DNA from: Desulfobacteraceae bacterium
GTDB taxonomy: Bacteria; Desulfobacterota; Desulfobacteria; Desulfobacterales; Desulfobacteraceae
Length of the DNA stretch: 24,000 nucleotides
Direction of reading: 5' to 3'
Assembly: GCA_965226635.1 (NCBI GenBank)
Contig: OZ245369.1
Span: 972,972 to 996,971, forward strand
Shown here: positions 7,997-16,086 of the stretch, piece by piece
Layout: each line of letters opens with the position of its first letter
Position numbering within the stretch: the stretch's first letter is position 1
Notes under the pieces: model-generated
What the model was told of the DNA's origin: nothing
Databases searched by the model: none
Seen by the model: only the letters and a program-made list of their open reading frames with translations
Translations under genes and position numbers: made by a program

Positions 7997-8404
7997 ATGA
8001 ATTCTGAACTGGATACCCTGCTGGACCAATGGAAGGACAATGATTCCAAGACCAAAATGGCCTTTACCGAACTGTTAGAACACCTGAAAAGCCTTGAGTG
8101 CGTTGAGCTGGACTTTGATGCCCGCCCCGGGGTGACCTACAGCCTCCGCCCCCGCCACACCGGCCAGAAAAGCCGGAAGCTCTTCGGCATGGTGGACGTC
8201 ATCGACGACGACCCCGAAGATCGCTGGCTCTCGGTCTGCTTTTACAAGGAGTTCATCACCGACCCCCAAGAAGCCGGGGACTCGGTACCCGAAGGGCTCA
8301 TGGGCGAGGATGCCCATTGTTTTGATCTCTACGAATACGACGCCGACGAGGTGGCCTACATCAAGGCCCGCCTGGCCGAAGCCGCAGGCAACGCCCCCGA
8401 ATAA
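7997..8404 (+). CDS. Hypothetical acidic protein, translationally coupled to moaB
   Basis: 135-aa ORF starting 4 nt after the moaB stop, with high-GC codon usage like its neighbours. I recognise no family. Confidence 0.55.
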   Translation: MNSELDTLLDQWKDNDSKTKMAFTELLEHLKSLECVELDFDARPGVTYSLRPRHTGQKSRKLFGMVDVIDDDPEDRWLSVCFYKEFITDPQEAGDSVPEGLMGEDAHCFDLYEYDADEVAYIKARLAEAAGNAPE

Positions 8405-8424
8405 GCCCTTCCCCCAAACCCATT

Positions 8425-8448
8425 GCGCCCCCTGTTTCCAGGGGGCGC
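8425..8448 (+). terminator. Stem-loop terminating the pyrR-moaB operon
   Basis: GCGCCCCCTG / TTTC / CAGGGGGCGC forms a perfect 10-bp GC-rich stem 20 nt after the stop codon. There is no clear U-tract. Confidence 0.5.
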
Positions 8449-8567
8449 TATCGTTCAGCCCAATCCAATGCATATATTCAATCCATTCAACGCCCGATTA
8501 TACAGCCCCTGCCTACTGCCCCCAAAAACCTCATTACTACTCTCACCGTAATAATAGATACTTTGAC

Positions 8568-8596
8568 TCAGTAGTGTCCGGTTAGATTGTTGCAGT
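8568..8596 (+). repeat. Left terminal inverted repeat of the IS4-like element
   Basis: TCAGTAGTGTCCGGTTAGATTGTTGCAGT matches the reverse complement of 9561-9589 (TCAGTAATGTCCGGTTAGGTTTTTGCTGT). Confidence 0.75.
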
Positions 8597-8695
8597 TAAG
8601 AACTCATTAAATTTATTAAAATTTTTTAGTTTTTCTATTGACAAATGTACGCAAAAATTTTGCGCGCCTTGAAAATCTTATTTCAAGGAGGCACA

Positions 8696-9030
8696 ATGGC
8701 GCGCATTATAGTCCCAAAACAACAATTAAAGTCCCTGAACTTTGACAATTTCAAATTCCCTTTGGTAGAGTTGCATCCAATGGCACCAGAATTAAAATCA
8801 CGAGGTGATCGACCTTTGAAAATGACCTTTGAGGACCAGCTAAATGCGTTGATTTATTTTCATCTCCAGGAGCATAAATCAGCCCGTCACTTGGTTCAGG
8901 ATCTCAAAGAAAATGTTTTTGCCAAAGAGCACATCGCTCCAGATGGAGGTATTAGCCGTAGCAGTTTTTCTGAAGCGATAAATAGCCGAGGTCTTGATCA
9001 GCTCCAGTTCTATTTTGAAAAAAGCCGCTT
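8696..9030 (+). pseudogene. Truncated IS4-family (DUF4372-type N-terminus) transposase
   Basis: ATG at 8696 after CAAGGAGG. MARIIVPKQQLKSLNFDNFKF..PLKMTFEDQLNALIYFHLQEHKSARHLVQDLKEN..SRSSFSEAINSRG resembles the N-terminal DUF4372 region of IS4-family transposases. The catalytic DDE part is absent, and the reading frame runs into unrelated sequence near 9030. Confidence 0.6.
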
Positions 9031-9032
9031 AA

Positions 9033-9194
9033 AAAACTGTCCAGTTTTACTTGACCACGTCACTGAATTTTGGAGAATGGTCAAAGGTGTTTGGTGACAA
9101 GAAAATGACAACCGCTCTTCTGGATCGTCTCACCCATCATTGTGAGATAGTTGAGACCGGAAACGAGAGCTGGAGATTGAAGAGCAGGCAGTGA
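9033..9194 (+). pseudogene. istB: C-terminal remnant of IS21-family IstB helper ATPase
   Basis: The frame translates ..[48 protein letters not shown], the conserved IstB C-terminus (F.EW..VFGD...A.A.LDRL.HH..I....G.SYRLK). A 45-bp tail follows and ends ..GATTGACA at 9239, which is a TGT.. terminus read outward. Confidence 0.75.
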
Positions 9195-9239
9195 TTCTTT
9201 TTTAGCTCCAGGGGGGTCAAAATTGGACGCCGATTGACA

Positions 9240-9401
9240 CTCCAGAAGTTCTATACGCTTCTGTCTACATAAATCTTTTAAAATTTCACCAACTCGACGT
9301 CTAAATTTCCCGTACAACTTCTTTTTCCGGTATTTTGGCACAAATACCACATGATATTTGCAATCCCATCTCACATGAGATAGGCTTTCCCAATCGTGCA
9401 T
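9240..9401 (-). pseudogene. tnpA: N-terminal 54 codons of an IS200/IS605-family Y1 transposase TnpA, interrupted
   Basis: MHDWESLSHVRWDCKYHVVFVPKYRKKKLYGKFRRRVGEILKDLCRQKRIELLE is the conserved IS200 TnpA N-terminus. The HUH/catalytic Tyr part is missing, and homology stops exactly at the IS21 end (9239/9240). Confidence 0.8.
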
Positions 9402-9505
9402 AGGTTCATCCTCTCTGGCCCTTTGGGGCTTTCCATGGGGATGAACCTATATCATTTCTCACTGTATCGGTTGAACCTCTTAGGGTCCTCCACCATAGGT
9501 GGAGG
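9402..9505 (-). promoter_or_regulatory. IS200-type 5' leader structures: an RBS-occluding hairpin and an upstream perfect hairpin
   Basis: AGGTTCATCC (9402-9411) pairs with GGATGAACCT (9439-9448) and covers the tnpA Shine-Dalgarno. CCTCCACC-ATA-GGTGGAGG (9487-9505) is a perfect 8-bp stem. Both are known architectural features of the IS200 left end. Confidence 0.6.
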
Positions 9506-9560
9506 ATTACGTCACGGATTTAGACAGGGACAATATTGTCAAAGATCAAAAAATTTTAAC

Positions 9561-9589
9561 ACAGCAAAAACCTAACCGGACATTACTGA
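9561..9589 (-). repeat. Right terminal inverted repeat of the IS4-like element
   Basis: See the left inverted repeat; 25/29 identity in inverted orientation. Confidence 0.75.
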
Positions 9590-9690
9590 AAAGAAGGGGA
9601 AGTTTTACACCCCCTTTAGTCCAACGGAATTCAGCCCAGGGGAAAAGACTGAGACACAAGGATATCGTTATGCTGTCCAAAGACATCAGT

Positions 9691-9722
9691 TTATTGTTAA
9701 ATCTGATTATTGTTAAATCTGA
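9691..9722 (+). repeat. Perfect tandem duplication, 2 x 16 bp (TTATTGTTAAATCTGA)
   Basis: Read directly: 9691-9706 is identical to 9707-9722. Confidence 0.95.
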
Positions 9723-9827
9723 ATTTATGACCGACTGGAGAATGTTTGCGACAAAAATCCGTTTTTGGACAACAGTGACAGCACATGAAAAACTGCGCTT
9801 ACCCTAAAGGATAGGGCAGGGACAATA

Positions 9828-10241
9828 TCACACCTCACTGATAATCCGTCCGGTGTTCCGCTCCACCTGGATGCACCGATCGTCATACAGGGTCTGCATG
9901 CCGTAATCCTTGACATTGGTCACTTCCAGGTGGGGAAGCCCGTTGAGTTTGAGCCACTTTTCCACCAGGGCCACCTGGCGGGGATCAGCGGCACGGGCTG
10001 TGAAAATCTTCACCCGGATTCCGTTGTTCACCATACGGTTCACAAATTCCACCATGCCCGGCACGGGTTTGCCGATGCGTCTCAGGGTGGAGGAATCGTC
10101 CCAGATGGCCAGGGTGCCGTCCAGGTCCACTCCCACCCAGGGTTCAAAGGGGGCGGGCGCAGACTTCACCTTGACCAGCGCCGCTTTTTTTGGCGCCGGC
10201 TCAGGTTTTTCGTTAAAGAATCCTTTTATTGCATTCCACAT
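9828..10241 (-). CDS. HAD-superfamily phosphatase-like protein (small, capless)
   Basis: Motif I GVDLDGTL (DxDxT), then IFTAR (motif II-like). 137 aa with a Lys/Pro-rich N-terminus. Confidence 0.6.
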   Translation of the reverse strand: MWNAIKGFFNEKPEPAPKKAALVKVKSAPAPFEPWVGVDLDGTLAIWDDSSTLRRIGKPVPGMVEFVNRMVNNGIRVKIFTARAADPRQVALVEKWLKLNGLPHLEVTNVKDYGMQTLYDDRCIQVERNTGRIISEV

Positions 10242-10262
10242 GGAGTGTCCTTTGTACCAGCG

Positions 10263-11333
10263 TTAAACCGAGAAACGAATATTTAGGATATCACCGTCCT
10301 GGACCAGGTATTCTTTGCCTTCCACGTTGAATTTTCCCGCCTTTTTCAACTCGGCTTCGGACCCCAGCTCAATGAGGTCGGCATGGGAAAAGACCTCGGC
10401 ACGGATGAAGCCCCGCTCCAGATCCGAGTGGATCACGCCTGCGGCCTGGGGGGCGGTGGCATCCTTTCTCACCAGCCATTGCCGGACCTCGTCGGTTCCC
10501 ACGGTGAAAAAGGAGATCAGGTTGAGGGATTTCAGGCAGAGGCCGGTGAGGACTTCCAGGGCCGTGGCCGTGATTCCCAGGTCATCCAGGAACTCTTTCT
10601 TTTCCTCTTCTGTGTCCAGAAGGGCGATCTCAGCTTCCATCTGGGCGCAGACCAGCATGGCTTCGATTTCCTGGTCCTCGCATTTTTCCCCAAAGGAGGC
10701 CAGAAGCTCTGCATTGTCCACATCCCCTTCCCCCACGTTCACGGCAATGACCATTTTCTTACGGGTGATAAAGGGGTAGGAGGAAATCATTTTCATCTCG
10801 TCTTCACTGAGGTCCAAAAGGCGCAGGGGCCTTTCCGCTTCCAGGTGATCCTTGAGCCGGACCATGAGGGCCAGTTCTTTTTTCTTGTCCTCGTCCTTGA
10901 TCTTTTTGACCTCGGCCTCCAGGCGTTCCAGCCGCTTTTCCACAAAGATCTGATCGTGCATGAGCAGCTCGGAATTGACCATGTCAAAGTCCCGCATGGC
11001 GTCCACGGAGCCGTCGGCATGGTAGACGGCATCGTCTTCAAAGGCACGGATGACGTGGCAGACCGCGTCCATGTCCGCAATGTCGCGGAAGATGGTCCCC
11101 TTGGAAATGGTTTCGGACTCCATCTTGGGAAGCAGGACCAGGTCCAGCCGGGCCCGGGCCTCCTTTTTGGGATCATACATCTCCACCAGGGTATTGAATC
11201 GGGAATCGAGTATATCAGCGGCTCCGGGCACGGGCTTCATGGCCTTGGAGGGATCGGAGATCTCATGTCCCGTTAAAATCTGAAATAGGGTTTTTTTGCC
11301 TGTCTGGGGCAGGCCGATGATTCCAACCTTCAT
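10263..11333 (-). CDS. ychF: Redox-regulated ATPase YchF (OLA1 family GTPase-like)
   Basis: MKVGIIGLPQTGKKTLF P-loop, coiled-coil insert, C-terminal FFT.G..EVR.W, IHSDLERGFIRAEV and a TGS-like end. ATG at 11333; the longer ORF-track start at 11393 has no support. Confidence 0.9.
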   Translation of the reverse strand: MKVGIIGLPQTGKKTLFQILTGHEISDPSKAMKPVPGAADILDSRFNTLVEMYDPKKEARARLDLVLLPKMESETISKGTIFRDIADMDAVCHVIRAFEDDAVYHADGSVDAMRDFDMVNSELLMHDQIFVEKRLERLEAEVKKIKDEDKKKELALMVRLKDHLEAERPLRLLDLSEDEMKMISSYPFITRKKMVIAVNVGEGDVDNAELLASFGEKCEDQEIEAMLVCAQMEAEIALLDTEEEKKEFLDDLGITATALEVLTGLCLKSLNLISFFTVGTDEVRQWLVRKDATAPQAAGVIHSDLERGFIRAEVFSHADLIELGSEAELKKAGKFNVEGKEYLVQDGDILNIRFSV

Positions 11334-11448
11334 GGTCGTTTTACGTCCTTTTACATTTTTGAATTTTACTTGATTTGGAAAATCATATATCAAATTTAGA
11401 ACATTTTAGACAGAATAAAAAATCCTGCTGCACAAGGAGAAACGCCCC

Positions 11449-12399
11449 GTGATTCCATCCATATACACCCCGCCCTTGGGCTTTGGCAACGGCCATGTCC
11501 AGACCGTTTTTCCCTCTTTATTCAGAACGGTTCCCCAGGTGACCTACACCCGGGAGCGCATTGACACCCCGGATCAGGACTTCCTCGACCTGGACTGGTC
11601 CCGCATTGGGGCCCGGCGTCTGGTGGTGATTTCCCACGGACTGGAGGGGGATTCCCACAGGGCCTATGTCAAGGGGATGGTCCGGGCGGTGAACCAGGAG
11701 GGGTGGGATGCCCTGGCCTGGAATTACAGGGGATGCAGCCAGGAACCCAACCGCAGCCTGCGCTTCTATCACAACGGGGCCACCGACGATCTGAACCGGG
11801 TCATCACCCATGCCGCGGAAACCGGAAAATACAGGGAAATCGCCCTGGTGGGCTTCAGCCTGGGAGGCAACCTCACCCTGGTCCACCTGGGGCGGGATGA
11901 AGTCCATCCCCTGGTGAGCCGGGCCGTGGTCTTTTCCGTGCCCTGTGATCTGACTGCGGCCTCCCGCCAGCTCACCCTGCCGGCCAACCGCATCTACATG
12001 AAACGTTTCCTGGTCCTCCTCCATGGAAAGATCAAGGCCAAGGCGGCCCAATTCCCGGACCGCATCGACGATGCCGGCTATGGGGCCATAAAGACCTTTA
12101 GGGAATTCGACGATCGCTACACCGCCCCCATCCACGGGTTCAAGGATGCACAAGACTATTGGGACCAATGCGCCAGCCTCCAATACATCCCCACCATCCA
12201 CCACCCCTGCCTTGTGGTCAACGCCCTGAACGACCCCTTTCTACCCCGGGAATGCTATCCCGTGGAAGCGGCAAAAAAGAATGGGTGTGTCACCCTGGCC
12301 ACGCCCCGGTCCGGGGGCCATGTGGGATTTATGGCCTTCAACGGCCGGGGCCGTTATTGGAGCGAAGAGGTGGCCGTGGACTTTCTCTCCCAGGACTGA
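11449..12399 (+). CDS. Alpha/beta hydrolase, YheT/ABHD-type
   Basis: GTG start 8 nt after AAGGAGA (11434-11440). GHVQT..P, VVISHGLEG.S...Y, the nucleophile elbow GFSLGGN and C-terminal GGHVGF are typical of the YheT family. Confidence 0.85.
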   Translation: MIPSIYTPPLGFGNGHVQTVFPSLFRTVPQVTYTRERIDTPDQDFLDLDWSRIGARRLVVISHGLEGDSHRAYVKGMVRAVNQEGWDALAWNYRGCSQEPNRSLRFYHNGATDDLNRVITHAAETGKYREIALVGFSLGGNLTLVHLGRDEVHPLVSRAVVFSVPCDLTAASRQLTLPANRIYMKRFLVLLHGKIKAKAAQFPDRIDDAGYGAIKTFREFDDRYTAPIHGFKDAQDYWDQCASLQYIPTIHHPCLVVNALNDPFLPRECYPVEAAKKNGCVTLATPRSGGHVGFMAFNGRGRYWSEEVAVDFLSQD

Positions 12400-12451
12400 T
12401 CAAGGGGTAGATCCTGCCCCAAGGGAAGCTGGTGTTATTCCAGGTCCGGAA

Positions 12452-13375
12452 TCAGAATTCCAGATCCAGGCATGCCTGGGCATCCCTTGGGACGGGGCGC
12501 TTTTTTTTAGGATCCATGGCCAACCGGGAGGCACTGAATTGGGCGTCGTGGGGATAGACCAGCCAGGCATCCTTTTCCAGGGCCCGGGCCAGCATTTCGG
12601 CCTTTTCATTGACCAGGGCCTCGGGGTACCGGTCATAACCCATGGTAATGGGCAGGTTCACCCAGGGGGTTCCCGGCACCAAATCTCCGGTAAAAATCAG
12701 GAGCTGATCCCCAATGGTGATAAAGGAAACCAACATGCCCGGGGTGTGGCCCCGGCTTTCGAAAAAGGAGATGTGAACCGGTCCCATCTCCAGGTGATCC
12801 CCCTGGGAAACAAGGTCCAGGCGACCCGTCTCCCTTAGAAGGTCGGAAAGCCCGGGGATAAAAGAGGCCCGGTCCCGCATTTCCGGGGAACAGCTGCGCT
12901 CAAACTGGGCCTTGCCCGTGATATACCGGGCATTGGGAAAGACCAGGCCGGGCGCCTTATCGGGATCGTGGGCCGTGAGCAGCCCCCCGCTGTGGTCAAA
13001 GTGGAGGTGGGAAAGGACCACATGGGTGATATCCTCCGGGGCCAGGCCCTCTGCGGCAAGGGAGGCCAATAGGTCATGGCGGTTGGAAACCACGCCGAAG
13101 CGGTTCTTCATTTCCGGGGAGAGATAGGCCCCGGGTCCGGTTTCAAAGAGGAGGACATGGTCCTGGGTGCGGATGAGCAGGCAATTGGCCCCAATGTCGA
13201 TGCGATTTTCATCGTCACAGGGGACCCAGCGCCGCCACAGGGCCTTGGGGGCATTGCCGAACATGGCGCCCCCGTCCAGTTTCATGGGGTTTCCTTTTAT
13301 GGTTTTCACAGCAGCAATCATGGCAGCATCCTTGGGAGGGGGGCAGGGGAACTCGGGTACCCTGCCCGTTTTCAA
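12452..13375 (-). CDS. MBL-fold metallo-hydrolase
   Basis: HVVLSHLHFDHSGG zinc motif and MKLDGGAMFGNAPK.LW N-terminal region. The start is uncertain: ATG at 13375, 13321 or 13285. Confidence 0.8.
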   Translation of the reverse strand: MKTGRVPEFPCPPPKDAAMIAAVKTIKGNPMKLDGGAMFGNAPKALWRRWVPCDDENRIDIGANCLLIRTQDHVLLFETGPGAYLSPEMKNRFGVVSNRHDLLASLAAEGLAPEDITHVVLSHLHFDHSGGLLTAHDPDKAPGLVFPNARYITGKAQFERSCSPEMRDRASFIPGLSDLLRETGRLDLVSQGDHLEMGPVHISFFESRGHTPGMLVSFITIGDQLLIFTGDLVPGTPWVNLPITMGYDRYPEALVNEKAEMLARALEKDAWLVYPHDAQFSASRLAMDPKKKRPVPRDAQACLDLEF

Positions 13376-13377
13376 TA

Positions 13378-13683
13378 TCAGGGCAGGGTGATTTTCCGTT
13401 TATCCGGATTGTTGTGGCGACGGTAAAGGATGGCCACATGACCGATCATCCCCACCAGCTCCGACTGGGTCTGCCGGGTGATCTCTTCGGTTAATGCGGT
13501 CTTGCTTTCCTTGTCCTTGTATTCAATGAACTTGAGTTTGATCAGTTCGCTGGCATCCAGGGCCAGTTCAACTTCATCCATCAGGCCCTGGACCAATCCC
13601 TTCTGGCCCACATAGGCACTGGGGTTCAAATGATGTGCAAGCCCCCTGAGGTATTTACGCTGGGCGCCTTTAAGTGCGGTCAC
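13378..13683 (-). CDS. yhbY: Ribosome assembly RNA-binding protein YhbY (CRM domain)
   Basis: L.G.QRKYLRGLAHHL.P...VGQKGL......E...AL...ELIK.K is a canonical YhbY/CRS1 domain; 101 aa. Confidence 0.85.
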   Translation of the reverse strand: MTALKGAQRKYLRGLAHHLNPSAYVGQKGLVQGLMDEVELALDASELIKLKFIEYKDKESKTALTEEITRQTQSELVGMIGHVAILYRRHNNPDKRKITLP

Positions 13684-13717
13684 AATCGTTTCCTTCGTTT
13701 AGGTTTCAAAACGGTTA

Positions 13718-14281
13718 TCATATCACAGGTTTGCCCTGGAGGACAGCGTATAATGCAGCTTCCATCTCCCTTCTATGGGATTGAAGGCGCTGGATCATCC
13801 CCTGGATGGTCCCCTTTTCATCCAGGGCCTTCATGGGGGCACACAGATACCAGGTGCAGACAAAGGGACGCCGGGGCCGGGGCAGACGGCATCCTACCGG
13901 GGTGAGGCAGGCACAGACCGGTCCCTGGGACGAGACCTGCTTTCGGATCTGTGCAGGCGGCAGTTTGCCTTCCATCAGTTGGAGGAAGAGCAGGTCCAAA
14001 AAATCATACCCAATGACGGCCCGGACACAGCAATTGTCCCGGCAATCCGGACAGACGCGGGTGGAAAGGGCTTCCATTTTCCAATCCAACTCCAGGTAGA
14101 GGTCCTGGATCTGCCGGGCCCATTTCTCCACCCGGGAAACATCATGGCCGGCCTTTTCGGAAAAAAGATGGTTAAAATGCCGTCCCACCTGATCCCATTG
14201 ATCCGGATCCTGCCAGGAGACCGTATGTCCGTTTCCTGCTGCCATGGGCAATGGCATAGTCCGGAATTGACAAAGATGCAA
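13718..14281 (-). CDS. YkgJ-type cysteine-cluster protein (putative Zn/Fe-chelating domain)
   Basis: CPDCRDNCC cluster plus downstream CACL..GC and FVCTWYLC cysteines resemble the CxxCxxCC family. The start is uncertain (14281 or 14257). Confidence 0.55.
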   Translation of the reverse strand: MHLCQFRTMPLPMAAGNGHTVSWQDPDQWDQVGRHFNHLFSEKAGHDVSRVEKWARQIQDLYLELDWKMEALSTRVCPDCRDNCCVRAVIGYDFLDLLFLQLMEGKLPPAQIRKQVSSQGPVCACLTPVGCRLPRPRRPFVCTWYLCAPMKALDEKGTIQGMIQRLQSHRREMEAALYAVLQGKPVI

Positions 14282-14354
14282 CAGGGAATATGTTTAGACG
14301 ACCCGGACTTCCCTGGGAACTTCCAAATATCACAGACCAAAGGAGTAAAAGACC

Positions 14355-14561
14355 ATGAGCCAATTTACCCTAAATGTTGAAAACATGAACTGCGGCCATT
14401 GCACCGGCATGGTGGAAAAAACCCTGGCCGGGATCCAGGGCCTCACCGAGATCCAGGTGGACCTGGAAGGCAAGCAGGCCCGGTTCCGGGCAGAGGATCA
14501 GGCCCTGGCCCAGGAAGCGGCCCGGGCCGTGACAGAGGCGGGATACCCGGCCAGTCTGTAA
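14355..14561 (+). CDS. copZ: Heavy-metal-associated (HMA) domain metallochaperone, CopZ-like
   Basis: 68 aa with an MNCGHC (MxCxxC) metal-binding loop and a ferredoxin-like pattern. AAAGGAG RBS at 14339-14345. Confidence 0.8.
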   Translation: MSQFTLNVENMNCGHCTGMVEKTLAGIQGLTEIQVDLEGKQARFRAEDQALAQEAARAVTEAGYPASL

Positions 14562-14611
14562 CCCTTCGTTCCTAAAGCTCCGCCCCCCTATCCCTGATCC
14601 GTCGGTCCCTT

Positions 14612-15838
14612 TTACAAAAGGCCGGAAAGGTCAAACCGATCGGAGCGGTTCATGGTCCGGATGAACCGGCGGAGCAATTCCGTATCAAAGCAGTGGGCCA
14701 TGCCCTTGTCCCGCAGCTTCATCCGGGCTTTTACCCGTTTCCGGGCCTCTTCCTCCAGCATTTCCTTTTCCCGCAGCCGCTTCAACTTGGCCTCGTAGTC
14801 GTCCCTGACCACGGTCACCACCGGGGCCTTGCGGTTCTCCTTGGCTTCGGCTTCAAACTTGTGCAGCACCTCCACATAGGGATTCTCCCCGGACATGATC
14901 CGGAGGGCCTCAAAGGGGGTCTTTGCTATCTTATACGCCCGTTTGGAAGTTAATGCATCAAAGACATCCACGATGTGACAGACCCGGGACAGCAACGGGA
15001 TCTCATCGCCGCTAAGACCGCAGGGGTAGCCGGATCCATCCTGGTTTTCATGGTGGTAAAGCACAATTTCCAGGCAGCGCCTGGACAGCTGGGTCTTAAA
15101 AAGAAGCCCCATGGAATAGGCCGCATGGGACTGGATCAACACATATTCAAGGTTGTTCAGCTTTCCCGGCTTGTTGATCACATTTTTAGGAATCTTGATC
15201 TTGCCGATGTCGTGGAAGAATCCGGCGGCCGTGGCCTGGATCATCAGGGTGCGCAGCTCGGCCTCGGACAGACCGGGAAACAGATCCCGATTGGTGTTGA
15301 TGAACAGTGCCAGAAGCCATCCCACCTTGATGGAGTGAATATGGGTGTCGTAATCATGGCCCACCAGCCGGGCCAGACCTTCCAGGGAACGGATATCCGA
15401 GATAAACTCAATCACCGTGGTGATGAGCCGGGTGATATTCACCATCATCCGATCGGTTTCCGTCTTGGAGGCAAAGTCCGCCTTAAAGGCCTCCTGGATC
15501 ACGTCCGCAGAAGAGGCCACCAGGGAGGCGCTCTTCTGACCGGGGCCGATCTGATCATGGTTCAAAATATAGGTCAGGTTTTCCCGGATATAGGTTCGAT
15601 ACAATGCCCTCTGCTCCTGGTGGATATAAACCAGCTCCCAGGCATTGAGCATCCGGATCAGACGCTCCCTGGGAACGGAACAGGCGTCCTTGAGAAGACA
15701 ACGGAATCGAAAAAGGTCATCGGTGTAGCGACGGCGTTCATATAAAGCAAATCCGGCCAGATGGTCCGGATCAATGGATTTGGGATCAATGGCAAAAAAA
15801 AGACGGCCATCATTGACATACTCTGCTGCCAGAGTCAT
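14612..15838 (-). CDS. HD-GYP domain protein (putative c-di-GMP phosphodiesterase)
   Basis: FFHDIGKIKIP and HHENQDGSGYPCGL motifs. The N-terminal domain of about 180 aa is unrecognised. AAGGAG RBS. Confidence 0.9.
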   Translation of the reverse strand: MTLAAEYVNDGRLFFAIDPKSIDPDHLAGFALYERRRYTDDLFRFRCLLKDACSVPRERLIRMLNAWELVYIHQEQRALYRTYIRENLTYILNHDQIGPGQKSASLVASSADVIQEAFKADFASKTETDRMMVNITRLITTVIEFISDIRSLEGLARLVGHDYDTHIHSIKVGWLLALFINTNRDLFPGLSEAELRTLMIQATAAGFFHDIGKIKIPKNVINKPGKLNNLEYVLIQSHAAYSMGLLFKTQLSRRCLEIVLYHHENQDGSGYPCGLSGDEIPLLSRVCHIVDVFDALTSKRAYKIAKTPFEALRIMSGENPYVEVLHKFEAEAKENRKAPVVTVVRDDYEAKLKRLREKEMLEEEARKRVKARMKLRDKGMAHCFDTELLRRFIRTMNRSDRFDLSGLL

Positions 15839-16022
15839 GAAACGTACTCCTTAACCTGAACATGGAACTCGAAATGGTTCACATGGAATATAATGAATAT
15901 TTGAGGATTTTTTTACCGCTTTTTACCAAAAAACACTCTCTGTGTAAAGAAGAGTTCGGATCATGTATGCCCGGCCCAATAGCGCGATCCAAGTCCGTCA
16001 TCCCTGAAACCGGGATTTTTTC

Positions 16023-16051
16023 TTGACGCCACAGCTCCTGTTGTTTATCGT
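16023..16051 (+). promoter_or_regulatory. Putative sigma-70 promoter of the arsR-hgcAB operon
   Basis: TTGACG (16023-16028), 17-nt spacer, TATCGT (16046-16051), 36 nt upstream of the arsR ATG. Confidence 0.4.
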
Positions 16052-16086
16052 TCAAAATCAGGAACAAAGACAGGAACAGGGAAGAG

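Larger units (their letters stand above)
8568..9589. mobile_element. Decayed composite insertion sequence: IS4-like shell containing nested IS21 and IS200 fragments
   Basis: About 29-bp terminal inverted repeats (8568-8596 vs reverse complement of 9561-9589, 25/29 identical) bracket three truncated transposition genes. GC content drops sharply relative to the flanks. Confidence 0.7.

Noticed and set aside
8645-8695. Upstream ATG at 8645, giving a 17-aa extension on the IS4-like transposase fragment
   Set aside because: The ATG at 8696 has a strong CAAGGAGG RBS, and the conserved N-terminus begins there. The extension has no support.
9525-9828. 12-bp direct repeat CAGGGACAATAT (9525-9536 and 9817-9828), considered as a possible target-site duplication
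   Set aside because: The copies do not abut any recognisable IS terminus: the inverted repeats end at 8568 and 9589. Several chance 12-mer repeats are expected in 24 kb. It may be coincidence.
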